From positions 1,020,001 through 1,052,000 of the forward strand of contig NZ_CP047931.1 of assembly GCF_014280175.1 (NCBI RefSeq): a DNA stretch of 32,000 nucleotides, given 5' to 3'. Shown in pieces: positions 17,745 to 27,087 of the stretch. Every line of letters starts with the position of its first letter. Position 1 is the first letter of the stretch. The position numbers and the translations under genes are program-made. The DNA comes from Synechococcus sp. A15-28. Its GTDB lineage: Bacteria > Cyanobacteriota > Cyanobacteriia > PCC-6307 > Cyanobiaceae. Under the pieces are notes generated by a model, which did no database searches, was not told where the DNA came from, and saw only the letters and a program-made list of their open reading frames with translations.

Positions 17745-17938
17745 GGTCGGCGAGAGCGAGGTCCAACCAAGTACTAGCAACAGCAGACTCGTCTGCACCC
17801 ATCACGCGGGAATCATGGTTTTGTCGGGGTCACTCTTGTCAATGGTTCGTCCTTGACTCTGTTTCAGTTCGATGAGTGGATGAATCGTCATTCAAATCAG
17901 TCCACTGACTGAAGACGCAAGCGCTCTTTAGACGCCAT

Positions 17939-18559
17939 CTATGGATTCAACTCTGCCCACTCCTTCATGGACGGATTCGCCTCTAGATATGTGTTGTAGC
18001 TGCAATCGTACGGTCTGAGCTTGAAGTCACATTTTGGACCATCTTTCTCTTCACGCTCAGCTTTTTCGGAAGGACTTTCCCAGCCTAAAGGTGGTTTTTG
18101 ACAGGTGCTGTTGTAACCAACCGGAGGCTCGCCAGGGGGGCATTTGGGATTGATGCTTGCCCGAGCATTGCCCTCTAGTTGCATGATACCAGCTCCGTAC
18201 CAGAACGATGATTTGCATCCCCAATCTGCCTTGCCGGCTACTCTTTGATCATGCCCAAAATCAAACCCAAGGCCGTTGGAGTTATAGACGCACTTCACTT
18301 CCTTGCAATTGCCTCCCCCTACATCGGCAAATCCAGACGGACACTGATTTCCTTCCGCAATATCAGCACCTTGTGAACGGATTTGCCTTGATGTATTGGA
18401 GGTATCACCTTTCATTGCCCTGACACAGCCAGCATAATCTTTGGCTTCCACGCATAACTTATGGATTGATGGATCAACGTCGCCAGCTTGTACTGGGTTG
18501 ACGACTGCACCAGTTGCATTGACTGCTGCGAAGGCAATCAATGGGACTAATCTTTTCAT
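17939..18559 (-). CDS. secreted cysteine-rich protein (206 aa, 10 Cys in the mature part), orphan
   Basis: The signal peptide is MKRLVPLIAFAAVNATGAVVNPVQA/GD. Ten cysteines occur in paired contexts (C-x8-C near the N-terminus, CKEVKC, and C-x8-C near the C-terminus). There is a Pro/Gly-rich middle. G+C is low compared with the neighbouring genes. Confidence 0.7.
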   Translation of the reverse strand: MKRLVPLIAFAAVNATGAVVNPVQAGDVDPSIHKLCVEAKDYAGCVRAMKGDTSNTSRQIRSQGADIAEGNQCPSGFADVGGGNCKEVKCVYNSNGLGFDFGHDQRVAGKADWGCKSSFWYGAGIMQLEGNARASINPKCPPGEPPVGYNSTCQKPPLGWESPSEKAEREEKDGPKCDFKLRPYDCSYNTYLEANPSMKEWAELNP

Positions 18560-18844
18560 TCCTATGGGAGGTGGGAGGCTCTTGGCCCGATAGGCACATC
18601 AGTGCAGTTCCGACCTCTACTTTCTGTTTTCAGTCGGGTAATCATGATCTCCGTATCCGAGCCTGAAACGATGACGGGCTGCTGCCTTTGTCTGTGGGCC
18701 AAGTTAAAAGCCTCGTTTGAGACTCCAAACGCATCGTGGGGAAGAATTTCACTTTTCCAAGCCGTAACGTCACCGTGGCCATCAGCTGTTGATACAACGC
18801 GACGAATGAGGCCAACAACTTCCCCATCAATGTGGGGCTTGTAA

Positions 18845-18931
18845 CGGAGAGGGTGGGATTCGAACCCACGGTGCCCGTGAAGGCACGCTGGTTTTCAAGA
18901 CCAGAGCCATAAACCACTCGACCACCTCTCC
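18845..18931 (-). tRNA. tRNA-Ser (anticodon UGA), class II with a long variable arm, no encoded CCA
   Basis: The minus strand reads GGAGAGG-TG-GTC-GAGTGGTTTAT-GGC-T-CTGGT-CTTGAAA-ACCAG-CGTGCCTTCACGGGCAC-C-GTGGG-TTCGAAT-CCCAC-CCTCTCC-G. The acceptor stem has 7 bp. The anticodon loop is CT-TGA-AA, the variable arm has 5 bp, the T-loop is TTCGAAT, and the discriminator is G. Confidence 0.95.
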
Positions 18932-18990
18932 AGGGGTCAGCGCCAGAACGATCGAGCGCTGATTTGACTTTAAGTCAGCTTGCGTACTGA

Positions 18991-21321
18991 TCAGCTTTCC
19001 GGTTTGGCCAGCGGCAGCAGGCACTTGTCCGAATCACAGCCGGCGGGGCCGGCTTCCTTCAGTTCGCTGCTGTCGTAACGCTGCAAGGCCTCGAAGAAAT
19101 CGCTGCTGACGCGGCGTTGAATCACTTCGGACTGCAGACGTTCGTAGGTGGCTGCATCGATGGGCTCGAAGGGCAGGCGCGGGAACGTGGCGTTGGCGTC
19201 AAAGCGAGCCAACAGCGCTGCGGAGATGTATCCCTCGCCGTTCTCCATCGCCTTGTGCAGCGCGTCCGCCAGCGGCTCGATTTCGTGGTCGCGGAATTCG
19301 ATCGTGGCGGAGGTGTTGTGGGCGGTGTAGTGCGTCTGCACCTGCATGTAGAAGTCGAACTGGGCCATGGCTGAGAAGCCGTTGATGTCCACCGCATCGG
19401 CGCCTGGAAGATTGGCCCAGCTCACTTCTGTGGGGATTTCCACCAGCCACTCGGTGCAGCGGGGATCAAAGGGATCATCCAGCAGCCGACCCTGTTCGTC
19501 CTTGTCGGATTGAGACGGCACCACGGTGTAGCCGTAGTCCATGCAAGCCATCGCCACCGGGTCGTTCTTGCGGAAGGTGATGCGGCGGATGAAGCGCTGT
19601 GCTTTGGGGGGGTGCCAGCCAGGAGCTGCACCGGTCAACAGGCTCTTCGTGCCGGCAGGTTGAACGGTGGTGCAGCGGTTGGGGCGGCGCAGACCATGGC
19701 GATCGCAGTAATCCCAAACCGTGTCGTTCACCACCTGCTTCCAGCGGCTGAGGTAGTCAGCTTCCTTGGCCTTGAAGGCACGACCTTCCTCGGTGTCGGG
19801 CCTGCCGGCTTCCCACCAACGCAGCCAGTCGCTGCCGAAGGCATGGACGAAGAAGTCGAACAGACCGGTGAAGCTGACGCCCACAATCGGATCCCATTCC
19901 CGGCTCTGGCGGTATCGCTCCACCTCGAAGCGGTGGTTGAGCAGACAAGCCACCGACAATGCCGCGGCCCGGAAGGCGTCAGCCTGGCCTTCTTCGTCGC
20001 TGGGATCGATCTGGTTGAGATGAATCTCCGCCAGGTTGCAGTGGAAATCGGCTCCGAGAATTTCGCCGCAGGGATTGAGGCCGTAGCGGCTGAGGCGATG
20101 CTCGAGCTCCTCCGGCGCAATGGGGCCATGGTTGGTGCTGAGCCAGCGACCGGCTTCCTCCTTGCCCTGATCGCAGTAGATCTCGATGAACTCGCTGCGC
20201 AGTTCCGGGGTGTTGAGCAGATCAGCGTTGGACCGTGCGATCGCTTCCGGAGCGAACTGGATGGCCCCCTCACCGGAGTGGAACTGCTTGGTGACCGCCG
20301 CCAGCACCACCTCTTTGCTGGGACGTGTGTGATACACCCGGGTGTGATTGGCCATGCGCAGGGCATCCCGCTCCGGGTCGATGCGCCAGTTGCCCTGGTC
20401 ATCCTGTTGCCAGAGGTTGTCCTTGGCTGACGCCGCAGCGGTGTCGTCGGCGGCGAACTGGCGCATGCCGGCACTGCGTCGGATGTTGCCGGCCACGATG
20501 GTGACGGCGGCTTCATCGATCAGCAGGCAGCACTCCACAGACGTCAGTCGCCGTCCGATGGCTTTGTTCAGCAGTCGAGCCACCCGGCCATAGAGGTCCT
20601 TCAGCTTCACGGGGTTGGCCATGCCGCCGAAGCCCTTCAGGGTTTCGCCCACGGGACGGACATCGTTGAGATCGACCTCGATCTCGACGGTTCCGCCGTC
20701 GAAGCGAGGGTCACTGCTCAGCTCCAGCATCAACTGGTAGCTGTCCACCCAACCCCGACGGGTGTCGCCCAACTTGATGCGAACGCGGTTGCCGTCGATC
20801 GTGTGGGTGCAGTCGTCCTGACGTGCCTCTGCCGCTGTGATGCCGATGTCCGACACCGACACCACGTCGAGGGTGTTTCGCACGATCGGCAACCGCTCGA
20901 TCAGGTGCGGTTCGATGATGGCGCCGGTGCCGCAGCCCATCATCGCCAGGTCCATCATCAGGCCGAAGGCCCGCCAGTCCACCAAGTTGGTGGAGGTGCA
21001 GTTGTAGGCGCCGGAGAAGTTCACCGACTGCTCGATCCAGCCCGTTCCTCCAATCCAGAGCCAGCGACCTGAGGGGAGGGCTTTCTTCTCGCTCTGCATG
21101 CGCGCCAGCAGTGCCACCTCCTCGTCGTTCAGGTTCCCCAGCTGCCGCAGTCCGCCGAGATTGCGGTCACCAACCTGGCTCCAGCTCTCGCGGCCATCGG
21201 GAGTCTTGCGGCTGTAAGTCCTGTAGAAGACAGGATTGGCGGCAGGTGCGGTGGCGGGGAAGTCGCTGAAACGAGCGCTGTCGCTCGCGGCGACCTCCAC
21301 GCGATTCGGGGTCAGGGTCAC
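18991..21321 (-). CDS. nrdJ: adenosylcobalamin-dependent (class II) ribonucleotide reductase
   Basis: 776 aa. It has the active-site segment YGLNPCGEI and a C-terminal Cys pair (GCDSDKC). The overall sequence is of the picocyanobacterial NrdJ type (ANPVFYRTYSRK...). Confidence 0.9.
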   Translation of the reverse strand: MTLTPNRVEVAASDSARFSDFPATAPAANPVFYRTYSRKTPDGRESWSQVGDRNLGGLRQLGNLNDEEVALLARMQSEKKALPSGRWLWIGGTGWIEQSVNFSGAYNCTSTNLVDWRAFGLMMDLAMMGCGTGAIIEPHLIERLPIVRNTLDVVSVSDIGITAAEARQDDCTHTIDGNRVRIKLGDTRRGWVDSYQLMLELSSDPRFDGGTVEIEVDLNDVRPVGETLKGFGGMANPVKLKDLYGRVARLLNKAIGRRLTSVECCLLIDEAAVTIVAGNIRRSAGMRQFAADDTAAASAKDNLWQQDDQGNWRIDPERDALRMANHTRVYHTRPSKEVVLAAVTKQFHSGEGAIQFAPEAIARSNADLLNTPELRSEFIEIYCDQGKEEAGRWLSTNHGPIAPEELEHRLSRYGLNPCGEILGADFHCNLAEIHLNQIDPSDEEGQADAFRAAALSVACLLNHRFEVERYRQSREWDPIVGVSFTGLFDFFVHAFGSDWLRWWEAGRPDTEEGRAFKAKEADYLSRWKQVVNDTVWDYCDRHGLRRPNRCTTVQPAGTKSLLTGAAPGWHPPKAQRFIRRITFRKNDPVAMACMDYGYTVVPSQSDKDEQGRLLDDPFDPRCTEWLVEIPTEVSWANLPGADAVDINGFSAMAQFDFYMQVQTHYTAHNTSATIEFRDHEIEPLADALHKAMENGEGYISAALLARFDANATFPRLPFEPIDAATYERLQSEVIQRRVSSDFFEALQRYDSSELKEAGPAGCDSDKCLLPLAKPES

Positions 21322-21436
21322 GTGCGATGGAGCACAGATGTTGTCGAAACCCTAACGCCACAGATGGGGGCAGCAAGGGGTGCTTGCCACCATTGGCAGT
21401 GTCCTGAGCAGACTGGTGGGCCACGTCTCAACGCGG

Positions 21437-22099
21437 ATGCAGCGATTGCCGGAGCCCGAGCTGATGCGCGACGTCGTTCAAGTGATGGCCTACGCCGCAG
21501 CGGATTTCAGTGCTGGAGATCAGCGCACCCTGGCGTTGATTGATGCTCTGTTCACCTCTCCACCCACTGGCACTGCTCCAGCTGTGATCCTCGACCTGGG
21601 CTGCGGGCCTGGGAACATCACCCTGCCCCTGGCCCGACGTTTCCCTGGGGCACAGGTCATCGGCGTGGATGGTTCCCCAGCGATGCTGGAGGTGGCCAGG
21701 GAACGGGCGGACCAGCAGGGTCTTCAGATTGACTTGCGCTGCAGCACCCTTCAGGGTCTGGCGCTGGAGCCGGTCGACCTGATCGTCAGCAACAGCCTGC
21801 TCCATCACTTGCACGAGCCCGACCTGCTCTGGCGGCTGACGCGCAGGTTTGCTGCCCCTGGCTGTCGGGTGCTGCACCGCGACCTGCGTCGTCCGGTCTC
21901 CTTGGCGGAGGTGCACCGTCTGCAGCAGCTCCATTGCCCCGATGCGCCGGCGGTGTTGATTCAGGATTTCTGTGCCTCCTTGGTGGCTGCCTTTACCCCT
22001 GAAGAGGTTCGACAGCAGTTGGCGGCGGCGGGATTGGACGCACTCAGCGTGGAGGCGGAGGACGACCGTTATCTGGTGGTGTCAGGCTTGGTGGATTGA
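21437..22099 (+). CDS. class I SAM-dependent methyltransferase
   Basis: This is the frame of track ORF 21380-22099. The ATG at 21437 gives [12 protein letters not shown]. Motif I is [12 protein letters not shown]. Confidence 0.8.
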   Translation: MQRLPEPELMRDVVQVMAYAAADFSAGDQRTLALIDALFTSPPTGTAPAVILDLGCGPGNITLPLARRFPGAQVIGVDGSPAMLEVARERADQQGLQIDLRCSTLQGLALEPVDLIVSNSLLHHLHEPDLLWRLTRRFAAPGCRVLHRDLRRPVSLAEVHRLQQLHCPDAPAVLIQDFCASLVAAFTPEEVRQQLAAAGLDALSVEAEDDRYLVVSGLVD

Positions 22100-22108
22100 C
22101 AGCGAGCG

Positions 22109-23752
22109 ATGAGCAGCACCACGGCGAGTGAGACAGACCTGGCCGAATTGGTGGCGGAGGCGGTGGACCGTCGCCGCAACTTCGCGATCATTTCTCACCC
22201 GGATGCTGGCAAGACAACCCTGACGGAAAAGCTGCTGCTGTACGGCGGTGCGATTCAGCAAGCCGGTGCGGTGAAGGCCCGCGGCGAACAACGCAAGGTG
22301 ACCTCGGACTGGATGGAGCTGGAGAAACAGCGGGGCATCTCGATCACGTCCACAGTGCTGCAGTTCGATTACGACACCACCACGATCAACCTGCTGGATA
22401 CCCCTGGTCACCAGGATTTCTCCGAGGACACCTATCGGACCCTGGCGGCTGCCGACAACGCTGTGATGCTCGAGGACGCCGCCAAGGGCCTTGAGCCTCA
22501 GACCCGCAAGTTGTTTGAGGTGTGCCGGATGCGGAAGATTCCGATCTTCACCTTCATCAACAAGATGGACCGTCCCGGCCGGGAGCCTCTGACGCTCCTG
22601 GACGAGATTGAATCCGAACTGGAGCTGACCCCCTGGGCCGTGAACTGGCCCATCGGCAGCGGTGAGCAGTTTCGGGGGGTGATCGACCGCCGCAGCCGCG
22701 AGGTGGTTCTGTTCAGTCGAGCCGAGCGGGGCAAGCAGGCCGAGGAACAGAAGCTGTCCCTTGATGATCCAGCCCTGCGGGAGTTGGTGGAAGAGGAGCT
22801 GTTGGATCTGGCGATCGAGGAGATGGAGTTACTCGATGCCGCCGGTGCCGAGCTCGACATCGAGATGGTGCATGCCGGCGAACTCACACCGGTGTTCTTC
22901 GGCTCAGCGATGACGAACTTCGGGGTGCGGCCGTTTCTCGATGCTTTCCTGGAAATGGCCCAGCGTCCGATTGCCCGTTCCAGCAGCGAAGGCTTGATCG
23001 ACCCGCTGCGGGAGGGGTTCAGCGGGTTTGTGTTCAAGCTCCAGGCCAACATGGATCCCCGCCATCGGGATCGGGTCGCGTTCGTGCGGGTCTGCAGCGG
23101 GCGCTTTGAGAAAGATATGACGGTGAAGCACGCCCGCACCGGTAAGGCGATTCGCTTATCCAGACCGCAGAAGCTGTTCGGACAGGATCGGGCAGTGGTG
23201 GAGGACGCCTACCCGGGCGATGTGATCGGCTTGAACAACCCAGGCATGTTCTCCATCGGCGACACCCTGTATGTGGGGCCGAAGGTGGAATTTGAGGGTA
23301 TTCCCTGTTTCAGCCCGGAGATCTTCAGCTGGTTGCGTAATCCAAACCCCTCCGCGTTCAAGAACTTCCGCAAGGGCGTGAATGAATTACGGGAGGAAGG
23401 TGCGGTTCAGATCCTTTACGACGTCGATGAGAGCAAGCGTGATCCGATCCTGGCGGCGGTTGGTCAGTTGCAATTGGAGGTGGTTCAGCATCGCCTCGAG
23501 AGCGAATACGGCGTCGAAACCCGGTTGGAACCCCTGGGTTATCAGGTGGCCCGCTGGGTCGCTGGTGGCTGGCCGGAGCTGGAGAAGCTGGGCCGGATTT
23601 TCAACTGCAAAACCGTCCGCGATGCCTGGAACAGGCCTGTTCTTCTGTTCAAGAACGAGTGGAACCTGAATCAATTGAAGGAGGACCACCCCGACTTCGA
23701 ACTGAGCAATGTGGCTCCTGTGGTGAGTGGGGTGGAGCCGATCAGTCTCTGA
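22109..23752 (+). CDS. prfC: peptide chain release factor 3
   Basis: 547 aa. It has [34 protein letters not shown] and FINKMDR. Confidence 0.95.
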   Translation: MSSTTASETDLAELVAEAVDRRRNFAIISHPDAGKTTLTEKLLLYGGAIQQAGAVKARGEQRKVTSDWMELEKQRGISITSTVLQFDYDTTTINLLDTPGHQDFSEDTYRTLAAADNAVMLEDAAKGLEPQTRKLFEVCRMRKIPIFTFINKMDRPGREPLTLLDEIESELELTPWAVNWPIGSGEQFRGVIDRRSREVVLFSRAERGKQAEEQKLSLDDPALRELVEEELLDLAIEEMELLDAAGAELDIEMVHAGELTPVFFGSAMTNFGVRPFLDAFLEMAQRPIARSSSEGLIDPLREGFSGFVFKLQANMDPRHRDRVAFVRVCSGRFEKDMTVKHARTGKAIRLSRPQKLFGQDRAVVEDAYPGDVIGLNNPGMFSIGDTLYVGPKVEFEGIPCFSPEIFSWLRNPNPSAFKNFRKGVNELREEGAVQILYDVDESKRDPILAAVGQLQLEVVQHRLESEYGVETRLEPLGYQVARWVAGGWPELEKLGRIFNCKTVRDAWNRPVLLFKNEWNLNQLKEDHPDFELSNVAPVVSGVEPISL

Positions 23753-23760
23753 GGGTCCGT

Positions 23761-23952
23761 TCAGCGGGAGCTGAAGCGCACCGCCCGCTTGGTTCCCCAC
23801 AAATTGCGCTGCCGTTGTTCGGCTTCGTTGATGCAGCGCTGTGCCTCAGCGCGGGAGAGACAGGTTCTGGCCTTTTCCTCCACCGCCATCAAGGCCAGGA
23901 GCTCGTTCAGGGTGTTCATGGCGATCAGCCCAAGTGATTCATCATTAACCAT
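23761..23952 (-). CDS. small helical hypothetical protein (63 aa, or 52 aa from the internal Met)
   Basis: This ORF is convergent with prfC, with an 8-nt gap. The sequence is helical and charged (LNELLALMAVEEKARTCLSRAEAQRCINEAEQRQRNLW). I recognise no motif. Confidence 0.4.
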   Translation of the reverse strand: MVNDESLGLIAMNTLNELLALMAVEEKARTCLSRAEAQRCINEAEQRQRNLWGTKRAVRFSSR

Positions 23953-24064
23953 CTCTTAACCGTATGCAAGTTGTTGCTGTCTGGCCGCCGGTCTGCAAGC
24001 CCTCATCGGCTCACAGGCCACGCTTCTGATCGCCAGACTGCTCGGACTGATTCGTGGCGATCAC

Positions 24065-24286
24065 TTGGACAGTCTCTGGCTTGTGCGAAGCACGGCGGAC
24101 GGCGGCACCGAGTACGTCTGTTTTCGTTCCGGCCGTGAATCCGTCGAAATGCTGGAGGGGTTCCACCTCCCTCCGCAGATGCCCCTGATCAAGCGTCGCC
24201 GCTGGTTGAACCGCTCCGAGGCCCTGAGTTGCCGTCAGAACCTTGAACGTTCTGAGGGTTTCCGTCACGGCAAGGCTCTGTTCTGA
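24065..24286 (+). CDS. possible small protein (73 aa from a TTG start); coding strand uncertain
   Basis: Two mutually exclusive ORFs cover this stretch: + 24065-24286 (TTG start) and - 24011-24268 (GTG start). The plus frame has a more protein-like composition and about 70% GC3 by hand count. Neither frame has an ATG start. Confidence 0.3.
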   Translation: MDSLWLVRSTADGGTEYVCFRSGRESVEMLEGFHLPPQMPLIKRRRWLNRSEALSCRQNLERSEGFRHGKALF

Positions 24287-24328
24287 GCTGGTCTCGATAC
24301 GCTCTTGTCATGTTGTTACTGAAAGGGC

Positions 24329-25024
24329 ATGGCTGCCGTCGGTGAATCCGGTCCTTCGTCCGGCTCGGAGGATCCCTACGCCCGGCTGGGCCTTGCCCCA
24401 GGGGCCAGCTTCGATGAGGTTCAGGCGGCCCGCAGCCGTTGTCTGGCCCAGACCGATGACGATCCCCAGGCCAAGGCTCGAGTGGAAGCCGCCTACGACG
24501 CTGTTCTGATGGCTCGCCTCCGAGACCGCCAGCAGGGACAGGTCAGTGCCGCTGCCGCGACGGCGTCGCAGAAGGAGGAGTCGGCGGCGTCTGCCAGTCC
24601 ATCCGTGCCGTCTCTTCTGGGGGTCAGCGTTCTGCAGCGGCTTCGTCCTCGCCTTCCTCAGGCCGCACCCTCCCTCTCCGGGATGTCTCCGTCATGGTCT
24701 CTGGCTGAGGGCCAGGGTCTGGTGGTCCGCCTGGTGGCCGGTGCAGCAGCGTTATTGCTGTTGCTGTTCTCACAGGGCTCCGGTTCCTTGGTCCTGGCCC
24801 TGGGCCTGATCGGCTGTTTCCTGAGTCAGATCCGACGGGGTCGCCGTCCTCTTCCTTCCCTCGGTTGGTGCCTGTTGGTGCTTGGCCTCGGCTTGGTGGT
24901 GGGCGGAGTCCTAACGGCATCGTTGTCCCCCACAGCCTTCAGCCAGCTGAGCTTGAGCCTCGAGCAGGCTCAAGCCCTGCCTGCGGCAGTTCTGCTCTGG
25001 CTTGCTTCGCTGTTGCTGGCCTAA
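24329..25024 (+). CDS. J-like-domain membrane protein (CPP1/CDF1-like, lacks the HPD motif)
   Basis: The N-terminus is [46 protein letters not shown], which is J-domain-like but has no HPD tripeptide. The C-terminal half has several hydrophobic helices. Confidence 0.7.
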   Translation: MAAVGESGPSSGSEDPYARLGLAPGASFDEVQAARSRCLAQTDDDPQAKARVEAAYDAVLMARLRDRQQGQVSAAAATASQKEESAASASPSVPSLLGVSVLQRLRPRLPQAAPSLSGMSPSWSLAEGQGLVVRLVAGAAALLLLLFSQGSGSLVLALGLIGCFLSQIRRGRRPLPSLGWCLLVLGLGLVVGGVLTASLSPTAFSQLSLSLEQAQALPAAVLLWLASLLLA

Positions 25025-25938
25025 GAGGCTGGTGCCAGCTCGGCGATCAGCTCCTCCAGTTCAGGGCCGCTGACTTCATAACGGTTGTTGCAGAAGTGAC
25101 AGGTGAGTTCCGCTCCACCGTCCTTCTCCAACATGTCGGCCAATTCCGTTCGTCCGACGAGCATCAGGGCGGCCACACTGCGTTCGCGACTGCAGCGGCA
25201 GTGAAACCGCACGGGATGCTGGGCATCCGCGTCCTCCAGGGGGCGGGGATCCAGATCCGGGAAAACATCCACCAGCAGGTCCTCGAGCTGGTCGCCGCAA
25301 CGGTCCAGTCGTCCGCTGAAATCATCAATCTCGCGGCAGCGCTGTTCAAGGAGTTCCACAAGCGCAGGTTCTTCGGCCGCTTTGGGCAGGATCTGAACAA
25401 GAAGTCCGCCGCTGCTGTGAAGTTTCTGGCTGCTGATCCGTTCACCGACGAACACCGCCGATGGTGTCTGCTCTGAGTGCAGCAGATAGGAGGCAACGTC
25501 ATCACCGATCCCGCCGCTCACCAGTTCGACGGTGCTGTTGAACGGTTCCCCCTTGCCGTCATCGCGCATGACATGCAGATAACCGGTGCCGGCAGCGGCC
25601 TTGAAGTCGAAGCTGTGGTTCCCATCGGCGTCGATCACCGGATCCAGCTCCAGGGTGTTGTCGCCCACGTATCCCCGTACCGTTCCATCCCGGCCGGCAT
25701 CCACCATCAGTCCCTTCAGTGGTCCATCGGAGCCGAGCCTGAGGTTGACGCGCCCGTGCCGCACTTTCATCGAACTGGACAGCATCAGGCCGGCGGCCAT
25801 GGCCCGACCCAGCATCGCGGTGGAGAGGTAGGAGAGCTCATGACGCCGCCGTGCCTCCCGCACGGTGTTGGTCGTGGAGACCGCCACCAGTCGAATGCCA
25901 CCCCCTGCAGCTGTCGCTCTCACCAGGCGGTCGGCCAT
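25021..25938 (-). CDS. hslO: redox-regulated chaperone Hsp33
   Basis: 305 aa. The zinc centre is CRCSRE ... [10 protein letters not shown]. The N-terminus is of the Hsp33 type ([18 protein letters not shown]). Confidence 0.92.
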   Translation of the reverse strand: MADRLVRATAAGGGIRLVAVSTTNTVREARRRHELSYLSTAMLGRAMAAGLMLSSSMKVRHGRVNLRLGSDGPLKGLMVDAGRDGTVRGYVGDNTLELDPVIDADGNHSFDFKAAAGTGYLHVMRDDGKGEPFNSTVELVSGGIGDDVASYLLHSEQTPSAVFVGERISSQKLHSSGGLLVQILPKAAEEPALVELLEQRCREIDDFSGRLDRCGDQLEDLLVDVFPDLDPRPLEDADAQHPVRFHCRCSRERSVAALMLVGRTELADMLEKDGGAELTCHFCNNRYEVSGPELEELIAELAPAS

Positions 25939-25947
25939 GGAACCCCT

Positions 25948-26622
25948 TCAAGCTCCGGGCAATGTAGTCACCGGTTCCAGACAGCCGTTCCGCAGCCGAT
26001 ACCGCTCGCAGGCCCAATCGTGGAACAGTTGCGGCTCATGGGTCACGACGATCAGCACCCGTTGCTTTGACAGGTTGCTCAGCAGATTGAGCACGTCGGC
26101 GCGGACCGACCAGTCCAACCCTGCCGTCGGTTCATCCAGCAGCAGCAGTTCCGCCCCGCGCAGCAGCTGCACCGCTAAGGCCAGGCGTCGTTGCTGGCCG
26201 CCACTGAGTCGTTCCGGTGCGTCGCTCATGCGCAGGGCCGTCAGGCCGACGGTGTCCAGTGCTGTCTGCAGCTGATCGCTGTCCAGTCGCCGGTGACCGA
26301 GGCGCAGTTCCTGGGCAATGGTCAACCCGAGGAAATGGCGTTCCGGGAACTGAAACACCATTCCACTGAGCCAGCGTCGCTGCCGTTTGCTCAGCTCTCG
26401 CCCCTTCCAGCGGATGCTGCCCCGCAGTTGGCCACTCAGGCCGGCGATCACCTCCAGCAGACTTGTCTTGCCACTGCCGCTGGCTCCGGCAACAAGCACA
26501 GGACGGCCGATGTCGGCCTTGAGGGAGACATCCGTCAGCAGTGGCCGTGCCGCGGTGGCCGGCGCGTAGTCGAGGGACTGAAGGTCGAGCATGGACCACA
26601 GCTTGACCGATGATGAAGTCAC
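25948..26622 (-). CDS. ABC transporter ATP-binding protein (ECF/CbiO-like)
   Basis: Walker A is GASGSGKTS, the signature is LSGGQQRRLALA, and Walker B is LLLLDEPTAGLD. An alternative start is the ATG at 26592. Confidence 0.88.
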   Translation of the reverse strand: MTSSSVKLWSMLDLQSLDYAPATAARPLLTDVSLKADIGRPVLVAGASGSGKTSLLEVIAGLSGQLRGSIRWKGRELSKRQRRWLSGMVFQFPERHFLGLTIAQELRLGHRRLDSDQLQTALDTVGLTALRMSDAPERLSGGQQRRLALAVQLLRGAELLLLDEPTAGLDWSVRADVLNLLSNLSKQRVLIVVTHEPQLFHDWACERYRLRNGCLEPVTTLPGA

Positions 26623-26637
26623 CTCACTGGTCCCTCC

Positions 26638-27087
26638 ATGGACGTTCGTTTCCGCGAGGTGGATCCGTTCAATTGCTGGATCTGGCTGCGTTTCGCTTCA
26701 CCGCCGAGTCAGGGGGAGCGCAATTACGTCGATGGCATCTTCGACAGCTGGTATGTGATCGGTCGCCTCGGCGGTTTCAACGCCGAAAACCTTCAGGTCC
26801 ATGAGGAAGGTGCTGATCTCAGCTGGATGGCTTACGACAACGACGAAGCCGATTCGGTGATGCCAGCCCTGATGCACAACATGGGCCAGCTGGAGTATCA
26901 GGCCGAATGGGGCCGTTGCTGGGTCGACATGGGCACCAGCGATGGCGTTGGGATCGATGTGTTGATCAATGCCCTGCGTCAGCTGGATACGGATGTGGTG
27001 CAGATCGAAGAGCTGCTGATCGGCGGTGTCAATGAGGACTGGCCGGTGGAGGACCACCCCGACAGCCTCTTCCCGTCAGGTGGCTGA
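26638..27087 (+). CDS. conserved cyanobacterial/plastid-lineage protein of unknown function (DUF3531-like, from memory)
   Basis: 149 aa. The sequence begins MDVRFREVDPFNCWIWLRF...SWYVIGRLGGFNAENLQ. It is divergent from the ABC ATPase gene. Confidence 0.7.
   Translation: MDVRFREVDPFNCWIWLRFASPPSQGERNYVDGIFDSWYVIGRLGGFNAENLQVHEEGADLSWMAYDNDEADSVMPALMHNMGQLEYQAEWGRCWVDMGTSDGVGIDVLINALRQLDTDVVQIEELLIGGVNEDWPVEDHPDSLFPSGG

Noticed and set aside
17802-17891. A 29-aa minus-strand ORF (MTIHPLIELKQSQGRTIDKSDPDKTMIPA) in the gap between the two islet genes.
   Set aside because: It is too short, has no Shine-Dalgarno, and has no recognisable features. The small hairpin at 17897-17912 just upstream of it, immediately after the Cys-rich gene's stop, is more likely that gene's 3' end structure.
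18602-18917. An 80-aa (+) ORF and a 91-aa (-) ORF next to or over the tRNA-Ser.
   Set aside because: The minus ORF runs through the tRNA gene itself. The plus ORF has a poor, Cys/Ser/Thr-rich composition and no start context. I treat 18560-18844 as non-coding and unexplained.
18937-18962. A 7-bp-stem hairpin, TCAGCGC-N12-GCGCTGA, between the nrdJ stop and the tRNA-Ser 5' end.
   Set aside because: No U-tract follows it on the transcribed strand. It could be a processing site, but the structure is modest and I cannot support a call.
19510-20516. ORFs of 306 aa (+) and 262 aa (-, alternative frame) inside nrdJ.
   Set aside because: They overlap the nrdJ reading frame, which has clear RNR motifs. 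Their low-complexity Arg/Ala/Pro-rich translations are high-GC artefacts.
21322-21436. A regulatory RNA or operator upstream of nrdJ. Candidates were a NrdR-box-like ACAGATGTTGT and a small GCAAG-GGGTG-CTTGC hairpin.
   Set aside because: The match to the 16-bp NrdR palindrome is too weak. The 115-bp region is too short and lacks the conserved elements of a cobalamin riboswitch. It is most simply a divergent promoter region.
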